The notes beneath the pieces are model-generated. The model worked only from the letters and a program-made list of their open reading frames with translations, had not been told where the DNA came from and ran no database searches. The position numbers were made by a program, and so were the translations under genes. Positions 61,709 to 64,000 of a DNA stretch of 64,000 nt are shown here, piece by piece (the stretch's first letter is position 1; the number at the start of each line of letters is the position of its first letter). The DNA is from Felis catus (lineage: Eukaryota), in NCBI RefSeq assembly GCF_018350175.1, contig NC_058377.1, positions 101,432,001-101,496,000 of the forward strand, in the 5' to 3' direction.

Positions 61709-64000
61709 TTTTCAAACCACCCCCTTTTTACAGAAGCATCCCCTTGAAGACAAACATCAAATGTCCTATATCTAAGTGTTGGAAATTTAAGACATAAATA
61801 GGAAAGCAAAGAAAAGTCTTGACCTGGAATCATATCTTGAGTATCTGAGTTGTACTACAAATGGAAAGCTTTTCTTCTACTTTTGGAGGCCATATTCTCT
61901 TGATGAGGTTAAGATTTCCAAACTCAACGACTCTTTTAAGTTAAGCAGATATACTTGAATTTTCTCCAAGAATATGCTCTTTGGTTGGTTTATAATCTGT
62001 TCAAAACCTACTCATTCTTCAAAGCCTTCCTCATGCCCTACCTTTTTAAAAAGATCTAATTATGTCCTTGCTCCACACCCAACAACAGAGCAGCATGACG
62101 TAGAACTTAAGTAAAACTCAAGGAAGGGCATAGCTTCCTGTGCTAACCTAAAAGTAATGGCAGGAACAGATTGGCAGATACATTCTTCTGTATCACTCTG
62201 AGGCAACCTTCTCCTGCTTAGACACCCGGACACCCGAAGAACGAAGACTGCACACACCAACAAAACCAGTCATGGATCACACAAATGGCCAATTCTACCA
62301 GCCTCACCACCTCCATATTGTGGGGTCTTGGATAGTTTCATTAGGTAAAAAAAATGGGAGAACTGATTTTTTGCAGATTAAATTAAATGATGTGTACAAA
62401 GAATTTAAGACCATATCTACATGCGAGAGCCAATCCACAAATAACATCCAGTATTAATTGTTCTACTAATGTACAGTGAAGCTACATTTATCTAGAATTC
62501 ACTTCTGTAATAAAAACTGTTTCAGAGAAGTCATATGAATGAAAAAGATCCAGACAAGTTAAAGTTACCAGGTCTACTCATTGAGAGCTCCTCATCTCCC
62601 ACCCTGTGCCTACTTACTCTAAATTTATTTATGTACTAAGTTAGCGTGTTTGGCTAACTGACTTGCAGCCATGAGCAGATCAAAAGCAGTGACTTAAGGC
62701 AGATACATAGGGTAAGAAAGTGTCCCAGAGACAGGCGCAGTTACAGCAGCCAGAAGAACTGCCAATCATTCATTCACTCATTTGTTCATTCATTTTTGTC
62801 TTTCCTTTTTTTTTCGTTTTTTTTTTTCAAAAATGCCTTTATAATAATCTAGAATGTACCAGATGCTGGGCATACACTAGTAAACCCAATAGACATTTTC
62901 GACAGTCTCAGAGCTCAGAGTCGAGTGGCAAGTTGTGATGAAGAAAACAGCCCCATCCCTGAGAGCATGGGGAATCTTACCAGGAAGACCTTTAAGAACC
63001 AAGTAGTTGTGGGTCATGAAAAAGACCACTTTATGCAATACATCCTTTCTCAAATAGTATCGAGTCACATGTAATGTCTTTTAAAGGGCTTTCTTATATT
63101 TTGATTTGAATCAGGGCTTTTCAAATCAAATAATTCAGTGAACTGGTACACTAAATTATCTAAAATCTGAAGTCTAGGGATACAGGAGGGGCGGACCTGG
63201 AAAGAGGAGGGAGAAGTCAGGTCACAGTCCTGTGTTCACCTGGAGCAGCAGGAAACAGAGTGAGCAGGAGTTTCAGAGCTTCCTCCCAGGCCCTTCAAAC
63301 AGCACTAAGAAAGTTCTGTTGCAAGGAAGAAACGTTTTGGTGATTCTAGAAGTGACTATGACAGTAAATGACATCCACAGTGAGTTTCTCTGTTGACAAA
63401 GTGACACACACTCAGGAGATCACACCGTTAGTAGTGAGGTGGATGGGGTGTGCCACTGGAGAGCAGGATGACGCGTGTGTGTCCGCCGCGTGCCTGTGCA
63501 CAATTCATGACACTGGCCTGTGCCCAACTGTCCTCATCTGTGGGACTGGGGCAGAGCACGCTCCTCAAAATTGACGGACGAGATAAATGAGATAATGCAA
63601 GTAAAACACCTAAAACAGAGTCAGACATATATGGTAAGAACTCAATATATGTTAACTATTATCATTATGATTCGTGTGATTCTCACTAAAGAGTCTTGTC
63701 AAGTGCACAGATCATGAATTATTGGCATTCTTCACCTACTCCCCTAAATGACAGAGAGACTAAGTCTTTAAGACGCTAAACAACTTGTCCTAAATCACTG
63801 AATTACTGAATATATATACAACACACATGTGTCTAATATAGCTGTGTCTACAGTGAGAAAACCACGGCAAATGTAACAGTCCTGGTTCCCTAGGCATGTA
63901 TGCATATGTAGAATTGTTCACATAAAGGAACATAAGTATACTCGCTCCACATTTAGTTCCTTTACATGCACAAACAGCATTTTTAGTTACTTGATGGCTA

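Noticed and set aside
1-64000. A wholly new multi-gene biological system
   Set aside because: All substantial ORFs are ORs, L1/SINE/LTR translations or gap artefacts; no unexplained coding or structured-RNA signal was found by eye.

Overview
Mammalian genomic DNA from a felid: about 27 carnivore tRNA-derived Can-SINEs (several of the young cat SINEC_Fc type) and a 550-bp RD-114/ERV-DC-like solo LTR. The assembly is a draft with 7 N-gaps totalling about 1.6 kb. The window is part of a class II olfactory-receptor (OR) cluster whose gene order matches my recollection of human 11q12. It holds five intact single-exon OR ORFs: OR5M11 (-), OR5M1/OR5M10-like (-), OR5AP2 (-), OR5AR1 (+) and OR2AH1-like (-). 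A sixth, OR5AP-like gene (-) has a single nonsense codon in NPxIY. The rest is mostly LINE-1, L2, MIR, SINE, ERV LTRs, DNA-transposon relics and microsatellites. I found no evidence for a wholly new gene system. The best second-look items are: a young gammaretroviral solo LTR with mismatched termini pointing antisense into the OR pseudogene; six ERV LTRs nested or clustered within 6.7 kb; a 35-bp templated insertion inside a SINE copied from 2 kb away; a TAATTA + O/E module shared by two OR promoters; a SINE with a 3' read-through tag; a tailless SINE; and a twin-primed inverted L1. Gene and repeat names come from recalled sequence similarity and synteny, not database searches. Boundaries of old repeats are approximate.
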